Notes under the pieces: model-generated
Database searches by the model: none
What the model saw: only the letters and a program-made list of their open reading frames with translations
What the model was told of the DNA's origin: nothing
Shown: positions 46,252-54,892 of the stretch, in pieces
How the letters are laid out: each line of letters opens with the position of its first letter
Numbering within the stretch: position 1 is the first letter of the stretch
Position numbers and translations under genes: made by a program
Assembly: GCA_039794205.1 (NCBI GenBank)
Contig: JBDIVU010000001.1
Span: 223,794-287,793, forward strand
Direction of reading: 5' to 3'
Origin: Phycisphaeraceae bacterium
GTDB lineage: Bacteria > Planctomycetota > Phycisphaerae > Phycisphaerales > UBA1924
DNA length: 64,000 bases

Positions 46252-48135
46252 TGATGAACCGAAGAATCGCCGCCGCCGCGGGTCTGGCGCTGTCATGCGC
46301 CGCAGCCCCCACGCACACGCTCAGTTCACGTACCGGACGGTTGCGCAGAGCGGGGTCGCGGGGTTTACAGACTTTGACATCGCGCTCATCGCGAACAACG
46401 GTCTGACCTCCATGAAAGCCACGCAAGGCTCCGAAGGCGTCTGGGCTGAAAACGGCGTGCCCGGCAATCTGCTGACTCTTGCCAAGGTCGGAGTCGACAG
46501 CAATTTCGGATGCCAGAGCGAACCCACGGAGGCAATTACAAGGCCCTCTATGAATTCGGCCGGTCTAGTGACACTCGCCGCAATGGAGGATGGGCTCATT
46601 TTCAGTGCAGGCGCATGCAGCAATGAGTGCGCATCATCAACTGCGGTACAAACATGGTCAGGAATTCTCCGCTGGAATCCTGGCAGCCCTGCTCCCTCTG
46701 TAGCGATGCAGGTCAGCGACTCGGTTCAACACGGCGGCGTGACAATCCCTTTCTATCCCGCGGGCTCTCCCGGGTTCTTCGATGGTTTCGTGCCGAGAAT
46801 CGGCAACAGCGGCAGTGTTACCGTGTACGACAAATTCTGTCTGAACGTGCCCGGAGCCCCCAGAGCGCCACGATCGTTAGCCCGCTGACCGGCGGCCTGG
46901 TAGTGCATGCGGCCACTGGCGAAACTGGCATTTTGGATTTACCCGCGACCATGTCCAATCCCTCCATCAACGGCGCGGCGTCGGCGAACACAGTCTTCTA
47001 CGCACGACAGGCTCTCGACACCGACATGGTCTCCAACGACCCCAACAACGTCGACTTCGGTATCTATTTTACATCGGCGGGTTCCGCCACCAGGGTCTTC
47101 GTCGAAGGCGATATCGCTCCGGTTCCCTTCGAGGAGGAGCCGATGGATCCGACGGACCCATTCCCGTTCCCGGATCCAGGCCCGGATTACCGCTTCTCAC
47201 AACTCGGCTTCCACCCCGCGATCAACGACGCCGGTCAGGTCGCGTTCTACGCCCGGATTGCAGAGCGCGTGCAGATCGGCTCTGACATCCAGTACATCAA
47301 CCCCAGCGGCGGGATCTGGTCCGGACTCGGCGCTAACTATGGCACGTACCGCCTGGTCGCCATGCACGGCGACCAAGCCCCCGGCCTGCCCGCCGGGGTG
47401 GTCTTCTCCGGCTTCGGCGACCCTGTCATCAACGCGACCGGCCAACTCGCCTTCGTCGCGTATCTCGCCGGGGCCGGCGTCAACGCTCTAAACGACTTCG
47501 CGGTCTATCGCGCGACCCCCGACGGCCAGGGCGGCTTCACCCTCGAGCTGATCGCCCGCGAAGGGTTCTCCGCGCCGGGCACAATCGGTTTTTATGCCGG
47601 CGATCTGCCCAACGGCAGCCCGTTCCGCGATCCCTTCATCAACGCCTCCGGCCAGGTCGCGTTCCAGGCGAACTGGCACTCCAATCCAGGTTCGTTCGGG
47701 TCCGGCGGCCCTGGAATCTGGCTGAATACACCAGGCGTCGGCAACGTCGCCGTGGCAGCGCGTAGATTGTTCGGAAAAGGGATCCAAACGATCTCGCTTG
47801 GTTCAGGGGAAGCGTCAGGCGCCGGGCAGTCTAAAGCCGCTTCTTCCGGTGGCCAGGACGGCCGCGGCACTGCTCTCAACGACAACGGGGAAGTGGTTTT
47901 CGTAGTTCGACTTCAAGCGATTCCGGAGCTCGACCGGCGCGTCGTCGTCGCCTCACACCCGTCGCCGATCATGCTCGCGACCGACTTCAACGCCGACGGC
48001 TTCACCGACTCGGGCGATCTGGCGCTCCTCTTCGAAGCCTTCGACACCCAGAACAGCCGCTACGACATCAACGCCGACGGCGTTATCGACATGCGCGACG
48101 TCAGCGTCGTCCTGAACGCGATGACTTCACGCTAA
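46252..48135 (+). pseudogene. Secreted repeat protein (x-G-Q-V-A-F repeats) with a C-terminal dockerin-like pair, disrupted by two frameshifts
   Basis: Signal peptide MMNRRIAAAAGLALSCAAAP is in frame 0 (46252). The body continues in frame 2 (to 46888) and then frame 1 (to 48135). Both frame switches coincide with CCCCC tracts (~46303 and ~46853). The C-terminus reads DFNADGFTDSGDLALLF..DINADGVIDMRDVSVVLN. Confidence 0.5.
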
Positions 48136-48159
48136 GACGCTACCCCCAACGGCTGGAAC

Positions 48160-48631
48160 ATGCCGATAGATAGTGATGACACACTTATTCAAGCAGCCAC
48201 GGATGGCGGGAATCTCCCCGGCAGCGGGGCCGCCCGCCGTCCGGGCCGTGCCCGACGATCTCCGGCGCGGCTTCGTCGTCCCGATTCTTAAGAAGCACGA
48301 CCCGGCGCCGCGCACCGGCTAACCACGCATCGACCAGCGCAACGCCCTCGACGGGATAATCTTCATTCCGCGCAGCGGGTGTCAATGGAACCTCCTGCCC
48401 GGGGAGTTCGGCTACGACTCGTCGGCGCATCGAACATTCCTACGCCGGGCGCGGCTGGGCGTTTTCCAGAAACTCCGGGCAGCGCCTGTTGACTATGCGC
48501 TTCGGCTGAGCCTGGTCGAGTTCGAGTATCAGTCGGCGGACTGTTCGATGGGCAAGCCGCGCTTCGGGGGGATCGAGTCGGCAAAGACCCCACTGATCGG
48601 GCCGAGCCGGGCGCGAAGCGCGGCGCGCTGA
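48160..48631 (+). mobile_element. IS5-family (DUF4096 / IS427-group OrfA-like) transposase remnant with an in-frame TAA; no DDE catalytic half
   Basis: Own translation gives ..LRRGFVVPILKKHDPAPRTG*PRIDQRNALDGIIFIPRSGCQWNLLPGEFG..AHRTFLRRARLGVFQKL. This is the conserved helix-turn-helix module ..RTGCxWRxLP.. / ..F.RW... of IS4/IS5 transposase N-termini. TAA at 48320-48322. Confidence 0.55.
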
Positions 48632-48689
48632 CCGACGCCGACGGGTATATGCGCATCTCGCATCTTGCGCAAATAGCGCCCAGCACCGT

Positions 48690-48818
48690 TCGTCCCTCTC
48701 CCCGACCCTCTCCCAGGGGAGAGGGGGTCAGAACCAGCGACGCGAGCACAACCAGTGGCACGTGCGTCCCGCCCGCGCGCGTTCAGCCGCGGTGGCGCGG
48801 GCGTCCCGCCCGTGCAGG
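48690..48818. repeat. Type-3 palindrome (GTCCCTCTCCCCGACCCTCTCCCAGGGGAGAGGGGGTCAG) followed by 2 hairpin units in reverse orientation
   Basis: Direct reading. Confidence 0.8.
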
Positions 48819-48951
48819 ATCATCCACGCTGCGCAGGCCTCCCCGTCCGACGTTGAAACACCCCGCCGCTCGAACCGCCCGCCCGCCACCTCCGCTGCCT
48901 GTCCCACCCCGGGTTCCGGTACGATGACGCTTCTAACCCACGGAGGGCGCC

Positions 48952-50157
48952 ATGCCTATCGACCCGCCCCGCGGCGCCGCAGTCATCGGTCAGGCCGGCG
49001 GCCCGACCGCTGTAATAAACCAATCTCTCGTCGGCGTCGTCGAAGGACTTCGCGCCGGCGGACTGATCGGCAAAGTCCTCGGCGCCAGGCACGGCGTCCG
49101 CGGCATGATCAACGACGACTTCGCCGATCTCACCGACCTCTCACCCGACAAACTCGGCCGCGTCGCCGCCACTCCATCCGCCGCCCTCGGCTCGACGCGC
49201 GACAAACCCGACGCCGCGTACTGCGAACGCATCTTCCAGAAACTCCGCGCCCGCGAGGTCCGCTACTTCTTCTACATCGGCGGGAACGACTCGTCCGACA
49301 CCTGCCGGATCGTCAACGATCTCTCGACCGCTGCGGGTTATGAACTCCGCTGCTTCCACGTCCCGAAGACCATCGACAACGACCTGATGGAGAACGACCA
49401 CACGCCGGGCTATCCCTCCGCGGCCCGCTTCGTCGCCAACGCCTTCACCGGCGACAACCTCGACAACGCCTCCCTGAAGGGAATTAAGATTAATATCGTG
49501 ATGGGTCGGCACGCCGGGTTCCTCACCGCCGCGAGCGCCCTGGCGCGACGCCGCGACACCGACGGCCCGCACCTCATCTACCTCCCCGAGCGCGACTTCG
49601 ACCCCACCGCGTTCGTCGCCGACGTGGACCGCGTATTCACGGAGCACGGGCGCTGCCTCGTCGCGGTCAGCGAGGGCGTCCACAACGCCGCGGGCGAGCC
49701 GATCAGCGCCCTCATGAGCGGGCTTAACGAACGCGACGCGCACGGGAACGTGCAACTGTCAGGCTCGGGCGCGCTCGGCGACTGGCTTGCGAACCTGCTC
49801 CGCGTCGAGATGACCCCCGCCGGGGGCAAGCCGCCCCGGGTCCGCGCCGACACGTTCGGCTATCTCCAGCGCTGCTACCCGGACGCCAGCCCGATCGATC
49901 AGCGCGAAGCCCGTGCTGTTGGTCGCAAGGCGGCCGAAGTCGCGCTCCTCGGCGACCTTGACGGGTCGATCGCCATCAAGCGTGTCCGCAGTGAACCCTA
50001 CGAAAGCCGATACGAACTCGTCCCCCTCGTCGCCGTCGCGGGCAAGACGCGCGTGATGCCCGAGGCCCACCTCGCCGCTGGCCCGGACGTCACGCCCGCG
50101 TTCCTCGATTACCTCCGCCCGCTCGTAGGCGACCTGCCGACCGTAGAACACCTCTGA
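48952..50157 (+). CDS. pfp: Pyrophosphate-dependent phosphofructokinase family protein (PFK/PFP)
   Basis: GGPTAVINQS, GGNDS, PKTIDNDL and MGRHAGF blocks. Confidence 0.82.
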   Translation: MPIDPPRGAAVIGQAGGPTAVINQSLVGVVEGLRAGGLIGKVLGARHGVRGMINDDFADLTDLSPDKLGRVAATPSAALGSTRDKPDAAYCERIFQKLRAREVRYFFYIGGNDSSDTCRIVNDLSTAAGYELRCFHVPKTIDNDLMENDHTPGYPSAARFVANAFTGDNLDNASLKGIKINIVMGRHAGFLTAASALARRRDTDGPHLIYLPERDFDPTAFVADVDRVFTEHGRCLVAVSEGVHNAAGEPISALMSGLNERDAHGNVQLSGSGALGDWLANLLRVEMTPAGGKPPRVRADTFGYLQRCYPDASPIDQREARAVGRKAAEVALLGDLDGSIAIKRVRSEPYESRYELVPLVAVAGKTRVMPEAHLAAGPDVTPAFLDYLRPLVGDLPTVEHL

Positions 50158-50180
50158 CTTAGAAATTGTGAAATTGAAAA

Positions 50181-50282
50181 CGGCACAGGCGCAACAGCGG
50201 CACAGGCGCAACAGTGGCACGGGCGTCCCGCCCGTGCGCGAACAGCTCCAGTGGCACGGGCGTCCCGCCCGTGCATTAGCGG
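50181..50282. repeat. Hairpin-repeat array in reverse orientation (CAGTGGCACGGGCGTCCCGCCCGTGC x2, preceded by degenerate CGGCACAGGCGCAACAG units)
   Basis: Direct reading. Confidence 0.8.
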
Positions 50283-50478
50283 TGAACTTTCATCCCCGCG
50301 CCCAACAACCGGGCCTAGGACGGCCCGGCTCGGCCCCCAAATCGGCACAGCCGCGGAGTGGCGCCGGCTCCCGGGGTGGCACGGCTCACCGTCCCGTCTC
50401 TGTTGAGCGCATCACGCCCGGACCCTCGCTCCGCTCAGCAGAGGCGCCGTCCCGCGCCTTTGCTGCATATCGCAACTT

Positions 50479-50508
50479 CAAGCCCAGGGATTTCATCCCT
50501 GGGCTTTG
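50479..50508. terminator. Type-1 palindrome CAAGCCCAGGGATttcATCCCTGGGCTTTG
   Basis: Lies in the pfp - GH57 intergenic region. Confidence 0.45.
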
Positions 50509-50542
50509 GGCGCATCGCGCGCGAACTCCGCAACGCGCCGGA

Positions 50543-50583
50543 TGTCCCTCTCCCCAACCCTCACCCGAGGGAGAGGTGGTCAG
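50543..50583. repeat. Type-3 palindrome GTCCCTCTCCCCAACCCTCACCCGAGGGAGAGGTGGTCAG
   Basis: Third copy of the TCCCTCTCCCC..GGGAGAGG module. Confidence 0.8.
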
Positions 50584-50799
50584 CGACAGTGCAATAGAAG
50601 CATCTCAGCCGCGCGGACGGTACGCCCGCACCGCAGATGTGCCCGCCGCCGTCGATCATCCACAGAATCGAGGGAGGATTTCGTGTGAACTTCGCGTTAT
50701 GGCGCTTGCCCCGGGCCGCGGGGGTGGGAGAATGAGACGATCGGCCCGATCGGCGCCGCGGGATGGTCCGCGGCCTCGGCGAGCAACGGAGCGCGGGGC

Positions 50800-52074
50800 A
50801 TGACTTCCGTCGTCTTTTATTTCCAGGTTCATCAGCCGCACCGGCTTAGGCGGTACTCCGTCTTTGACGAGTCGCCGCACTATTTCGACGACCACCACAA
50901 CGAGGCCGTGCTGCGCAAGGTCGCCGACAAGTGCTATCGGCCAGCGACGGCGAAGATCCTCGACCTCGTACGCCGGCACGAGGGGCGCTTCCGCGTGTCC
51001 TACGCGATCACCGGCGTCGTGCTCGACCAGCTCGCGCGCTGGGCGCCCGACGTGATCGATCTCTTCAAAGAACTCGCCGACACCGGCTGCTGCGAGTTCC
51101 TCGGCGAGACCTACCACCACTCGCTGTCGTTCCTCTACTCCCGCAACGAGTTTCTCGATCAGGTGGACCTGCACACCGCGCGGATCGAGGGGCTTTTCGG
51201 CGTGACGCCGCGCGTCTTCCGCAACACGGAACTTATATATAACAACGATGTCGCGCACTACATCGCGGGGCTGAAGGACGACGCGGGCGAGCCGCGGTTC
51301 GACGGCGTGCTGTGCGAGGGGGTCGACGGCGTGCTCGGATACCGCTCGCCGAACTATCTTTACCTCCCGCCCGGGCTGAAGGGGCGCGACGGGCGACGCT
51401 TCGCGCTGATGCTCAAGAACTATCGCCTGAGCGACGACATCGCGTTCCGGTTCTCGAACCGCGGCTGGGCGGAATGGCCGCTCTCCGCGGAGAAGTTCGC
51501 GGGGTGGGTCGATCAGATCAACGGCGACGGGCACGTCTGCAACCTTTTCATGGACTATGAAACCTTCGGCGAGCACCAGTGGGCCGACACGGGCATCTTC
51601 GAGTTCCTCGACGCGCTGCCCGAGAAGATCTTCGACTTCAAGCCCGGGCACAACCACTTCGACACGCCTTCGGAGGCGATCGCGCAATACGAGCCGGTCG
51701 GCGTGTACGACGTGCCGCACATGATCTCGTGGGCGGACACGGAGCGCGATCTGTCGGCGTGGCTGGGGAACCCGATGCAGTCCAACGCGCTGTACGAGTT
51801 GTACCGGCTCGAGGGGCCGATCAAGGACCGCGTCGCGGGTGCTTCGAGCGAGGCGGATCGGCATCACGCCGAGGGCCTGCTGGCGGACTGGCGCAAGATG
51901 ACGACCAGCGATCATTTTTATTACATGTGCACGAAGTGGTTCGCCGACGGGGACGTGCACAAGTACTTCAACCCGTACGAGTCGCCGTACGACGCGTACA
52001 TCAACTTCATGAACGTTCTGGACAACATCCGAACCCGCGCCGAGGCCGGGTCGCGCGAGCCGGCGGCGGTATGA
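50800..52074 (+). CDS. Glycoside hydrolase family 57 (alpha-amylase / 4-alpha-glucanotransferase-like)
   Basis: N-terminal FYFQVHQPHR, a catalytic-region-like segment MDYETFGEHQW, and a size typical of GH57. Confidence 0.68.
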   Translation: MTSVVFYFQVHQPHRLRRYSVFDESPHYFDDHHNEAVLRKVADKCYRPATAKILDLVRRHEGRFRVSYAITGVVLDQLARWAPDVIDLFKELADTGCCEFLGETYHHSLSFLYSRNEFLDQVDLHTARIEGLFGVTPRVFRNTELIYNNDVAHYIAGLKDDAGEPRFDGVLCEGVDGVLGYRSPNYLYLPPGLKGRDGRRFALMLKNYRLSDDIAFRFSNRGWAEWPLSAEKFAGWVDQINGDGHVCNLFMDYETFGEHQWADTGIFEFLDALPEKIFDFKPGHNHFDTPSEAIAQYEPVGVYDVPHMISWADTERDLSAWLGNPMQSNALYELYRLEGPIKDRVAGASSEADRHHAEGLLADWRKMTTSDHFYYMCTKWFADGDVHKYFNPYESPYDAYINFMNVLDNIRTRAEAGSREPAAV

Positions 52075-52101
52075 CTTTACGCGGGAGTTCGTTTGACGAT
52101 C

Positions 52102-52899
52102 TCAGAAGTCCCCCCCGAGAAAACCGTTCACAGTGTTGAGCATCCTGCTGGAGAACTGCCCGCCGGGATAGAACGGGTTGAGCACCGGTTCCGGGATCAG
52201 CCCGGGCGGGACGATCCTGCCCGAGCCGTCGACCATCACAGCGGGGACCGGCCAGCGTCCGTCGATTCGCCCGGCGAATCCGGGCACACCGTCGCCGTTA
52301 AGTTCCGCGTTCGCGGTGAGGTGATAGGGCACTGATTCGTAAAACATTAGTTTATTTGACGGGAACGCAACGGCGGCGGCGCCGACGGGCGCGAGTTGAG
52401 ACACGTCGAGTGTCGGCGACACCGGCGCCCACATCGCGGCGCCCGAGAAGAGTGCCGTCGAAAGCCCGATCGAATTCGCCACCGCGCCGCCGGCGCCGAA
52501 CTGCGAATGCGGGCCGTCGATTATGTGTGTGCCGTTCTTGATGACCTCGCGTAGCGGGTGCCACGGTGAGTACGCTTCCGGATTCTGGACGTGCTCGCCG
52601 TCACCGATGTAAGGGTGCAACGTGAGCATCCAATACCACTGTTGGTTAAAATACGGCATGTCGACGCCGCCGTTACGGAACGCGCCGGACAGCCTGGGTT
52701 CGGCGTAGTGCGGCCAGTGCCCGGTGTCCTCGGCGTAATTATGCGCGGCCTGGCCGACCGAGCGGACCACTGCGAGCACGGTCAGCGAACGTGCAGTAAG
52801 AACGGAAGGGCGCAGCGCCGCGGCTGCAATCCCGAGGAGCACCGCGATAACCCCAATGGATACAAGGAGTTCCAGCAGTGTCACGCCGCGGCGAACCAT
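52102..52899 (-). CDS. DUF1559 / H-X9-DG prepilin-type N-terminal cleavage-methylation domain protein
   Basis: N-terminus GVTLLELLVSIGVIAVLLGI, the prepilin motif. This family is very abundant in Planctomycetota. Confidence 0.78.
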   Translation of the reverse strand: MVRRGVTLLELLVSIGVIAVLLGIAAAALRPSVLTARSLTVLAVVRSVGQAAHNYAEDTGHWPHYAEPRLSGAFRNGGVDMPYFNQQWYWMLTLHPYIGDGEHVQNPEAYSPWHPLREVIKNGTHIIDGPHSQFGAGGAVANSIGLSTALFSGAAMWAPVSPTLDVSQLAPVGAAAVAFPSNKLMFYESVPYHLTANAELNGDGVPGFAGRIDGRWPVPAVMVDGSGRIVPPGLIPEPVLNPFYPGGQFSSRMLNTVNGFLGGDF

Positions 52900-53033
52900 G
52901 CGTCGATTGTCCCGGCGACGGCGTGAGTCGTCAAGAAGAAATTTGGAAATTTTTGGGGATGGCCCTTGACAGGGGGGGGGTATATTGGATCATAGGAACG
53001 TGCCACGCGGCAGCAACAGAAAGGAACCAGACG

Positions 53034-53339
53034 ATGCGATGGAACCACATGGCAGGCGCTTCACACAGATTCAATGTTCGTATTGCTTTCGTGACGATGT
53101 GCCTACCTGTGGGATATGCAGCGTCAGCGGGGATCGATCAACTGGCTGCTTTCTACGACTGCTTGAACGGCAATCGGGCCGGATCGAGCAATCAATGCGG
53201 TTTTTGTGATGATTCGGCCATTCCGAAACCGGGGTCGCCGAATGGAACAAACGCGGATTGTCAGGCTTGCTGCAATTCCTACGACCCCGCGGGGTCGACC
53301 AAAAATGATAACTGTAGAATTCTAGGTGGATGTTCGTAA
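53034..53339 (+). CDS. Small secreted Cys-rich protein (101 aa, 8 Cys in the mature part)
   Basis: SD AAGGAA 8 bp upstream of the ATG. Signal peptide ..RIAFVTMCLPVGYAASA. Mature part contains C..CGFCDD..CQACC..C..C. GC is about 50% against ~69% for the surrounding DNA. Confidence 0.5.
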   Translation: MRWNHMAGASHRFNVRIAFVTMCLPVGYAASAGIDQLAAFYDCLNGNRAGSSNQCGFCDDSAIPKPGSPNGTNADCQACCNSYDPAGSTKNDNCRILGGCS

Positions 53340-53340
53340 A

Positions 53341-54045
53341 ATGTTCAACGACCGATTTTCAATCGGACAACGTGCTACGATCGCAGGCGGCGCTCTACTG
53401 TTGATCGTTGGGGCTGGGTTGTACATTATTCCATTGCGGAGTAAGCCGATTGCACAACTGCCGCCTGTCCCTGAAGAGCTGGCGAGCCTGTCAAAACCAA
53501 CGCTCGAACCGGATGTGTACGGCGAGTTCGCAGCTGCGCTCGCCTCGCTCTCCGAGGAGCAGAGACACGTCGCGCTTCTAGTGTACGCAAGGAGTGCTCC
53601 TGAAGGTGAAATCAAGGCGCGAGCATGGGGAATGACTAAGCACAACATGAAGGGGAACGCGCGGGAGGTCGAACCGTTTCTGGATGTGTTGGAACGCCCG
53701 CTCGTTCAACCAATGGTCACTGATGCTCTAGCGACCGAGCCGGTTGGGCAGCCTGACAACGGACTGAGGAGCGGCGCGATGTACGGTCTGACTAAAGCCC
53801 TGGTCAGCGGTCTGGATTATGGCGAACAATTATTTACGCGAATCGAAAATGCCGCGATTATGAATATCGATAATGGCGATTGCAGGCATAATGCGATGGT
53901 AGTGCTGCTACTTCTCAGCGAACGGCGGCCTCTCGCACCGGCCTCAAGAAACATTTTTGACTACGCTATGGCCGAGCGCCCCGCATACTTCGAACGGCAC
54001 CTGCAATCCCTTAAAAACATGTTCGAAGCGGGAGAGACCGGCTGA
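53341..54045 (+). CDS. Hypothetical membrane-anchored protein (234 aa) in a low-GC islet
   Basis: Start lies 1 bp after the preceding stop. One N-terminal TM helix (IAGGALLLIVGAGLYII). No recognisable family. Confidence 0.45.
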   Translation: MFNDRFSIGQRATIAGGALLLIVGAGLYIIPLRSKPIAQLPPVPEELASLSKPTLEPDVYGEFAAALASLSEEQRHVALLVYARSAPEGEIKARAWGMTKHNMKGNAREVEPFLDVLERPLVQPMVTDALATEPVGQPDNGLRSGAMYGLTKALVSGLDYGEQLFTRIENAAIMNIDNGDCRHNAMVVLLLLSERRPLAPASRNIFDYAMAERPAYFERHLQSLKNMFEAGETG

Positions 54046-54111
54046 ATAATCGATGCGGCGTGATGCAATTCATCTACTATACTGGTTTTATCAACAACCG
54101 AGTGCCTGACG

Positions 54112-54636
54112 ATGACAGAGACGTTTTTGAAGGCGGACGCCAGCGCTGGCGCCTTACCTGACGCCGTTTCGTCTTACCTCGCATACTTCGCTCGGCTGTT
54201 CGAGTATGACCGCTGGGCTAACGGGCGGGCGCTCGACGCGATGCGGTCGCTGGGCGATCGGCTGCCCGCGCGGCCGGTGCATCGGCTGTCGCACCTATTA
54301 ATATGTCAGGAGATGTGGGTCGGGCGGATGACGCGCTCGCCCAGGCCGATCACGGACTTTTTCCCGTCGTGGACGCTCGCCGAGGCCGCGACGCGGGCGG
54401 CGTCGATCGGGACGCTCGTGCAGCGGTTCATCGAATCTATCGACGACGCGATGCTGCTCGCAGAGTTTGAATACACATCAAGCGAAGGCGGGCGATACCG
54501 CAATCGGCCGATCGACGTGCTCACGCAACTGTCCCAGCACGGGTGCTATCACCGCGGGCAGATCGCGCTCGAATTGAACCCGCTGCTCCCGGCGCCGATA
54601 TCGACGGATTACATCGTGTTTTCCAGGATCGGCTGA
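54112..54636 (+). CDS. DinB/YfiT-like family protein (four-helix metal-binding bundle)
   Basis: DinB-fold His pattern: H..LLICQEMW .. QHGCYHRGQI. Confidence 0.6.
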   Translation: MTETFLKADASAGALPDAVSSYLAYFARLFEYDRWANGRALDAMRSLGDRLPARPVHRLSHLLICQEMWVGRMTRSPRPITDFFPSWTLAEAATRAASIGTLVQRFIESIDDAMLLAEFEYTSSEGGRYRNRPIDVLTQLSQHGCYHRGQIALELNPLLPAPISTDYIVFSRIG

Positions 54637-54892
54637 TGGCCCGCAGCGCCGACCGCCCGCGATCCGAGCGTGCGTGTATACGGGTGGCAGCGGCGCCAGG
54701 CGTCGAACCGGGATCAACCGATCGTGGCTCCGGCGTGCCGCATCGCCCGAGGGGGCGTCACCGCGAGCAAGGCCTTCGGACTGAGAGGCTAGCTCGTTGA
54801 TCTTCGCCACGATGGCGACTACGCGGGCCGGCCCTGGCCCGGGTTGTTGCTCGGTTGGAGTCGGGCATCCGATTCGCGCTAGAATCGTGTTC

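Noticed and set aside
29601-48135. PEP-CTERM sorting signals on secreted proteins near the exosortase
   Set aside because: None of the secreted proteins in the window ends with a PEP motif followed by a TM helix and a basic tail. The C-termini are dockerin-like repeats or coiled-coils.
52966-52986. Canonical sigma-70 promoter TTGACA / TATATT
   Set aside because: The hexamers are separated by only 9 bp (the G9 tract), far from the 17 +/- 1 bp optimum. It is retained only as a possible phase-variable or non-canonical element in the findings.
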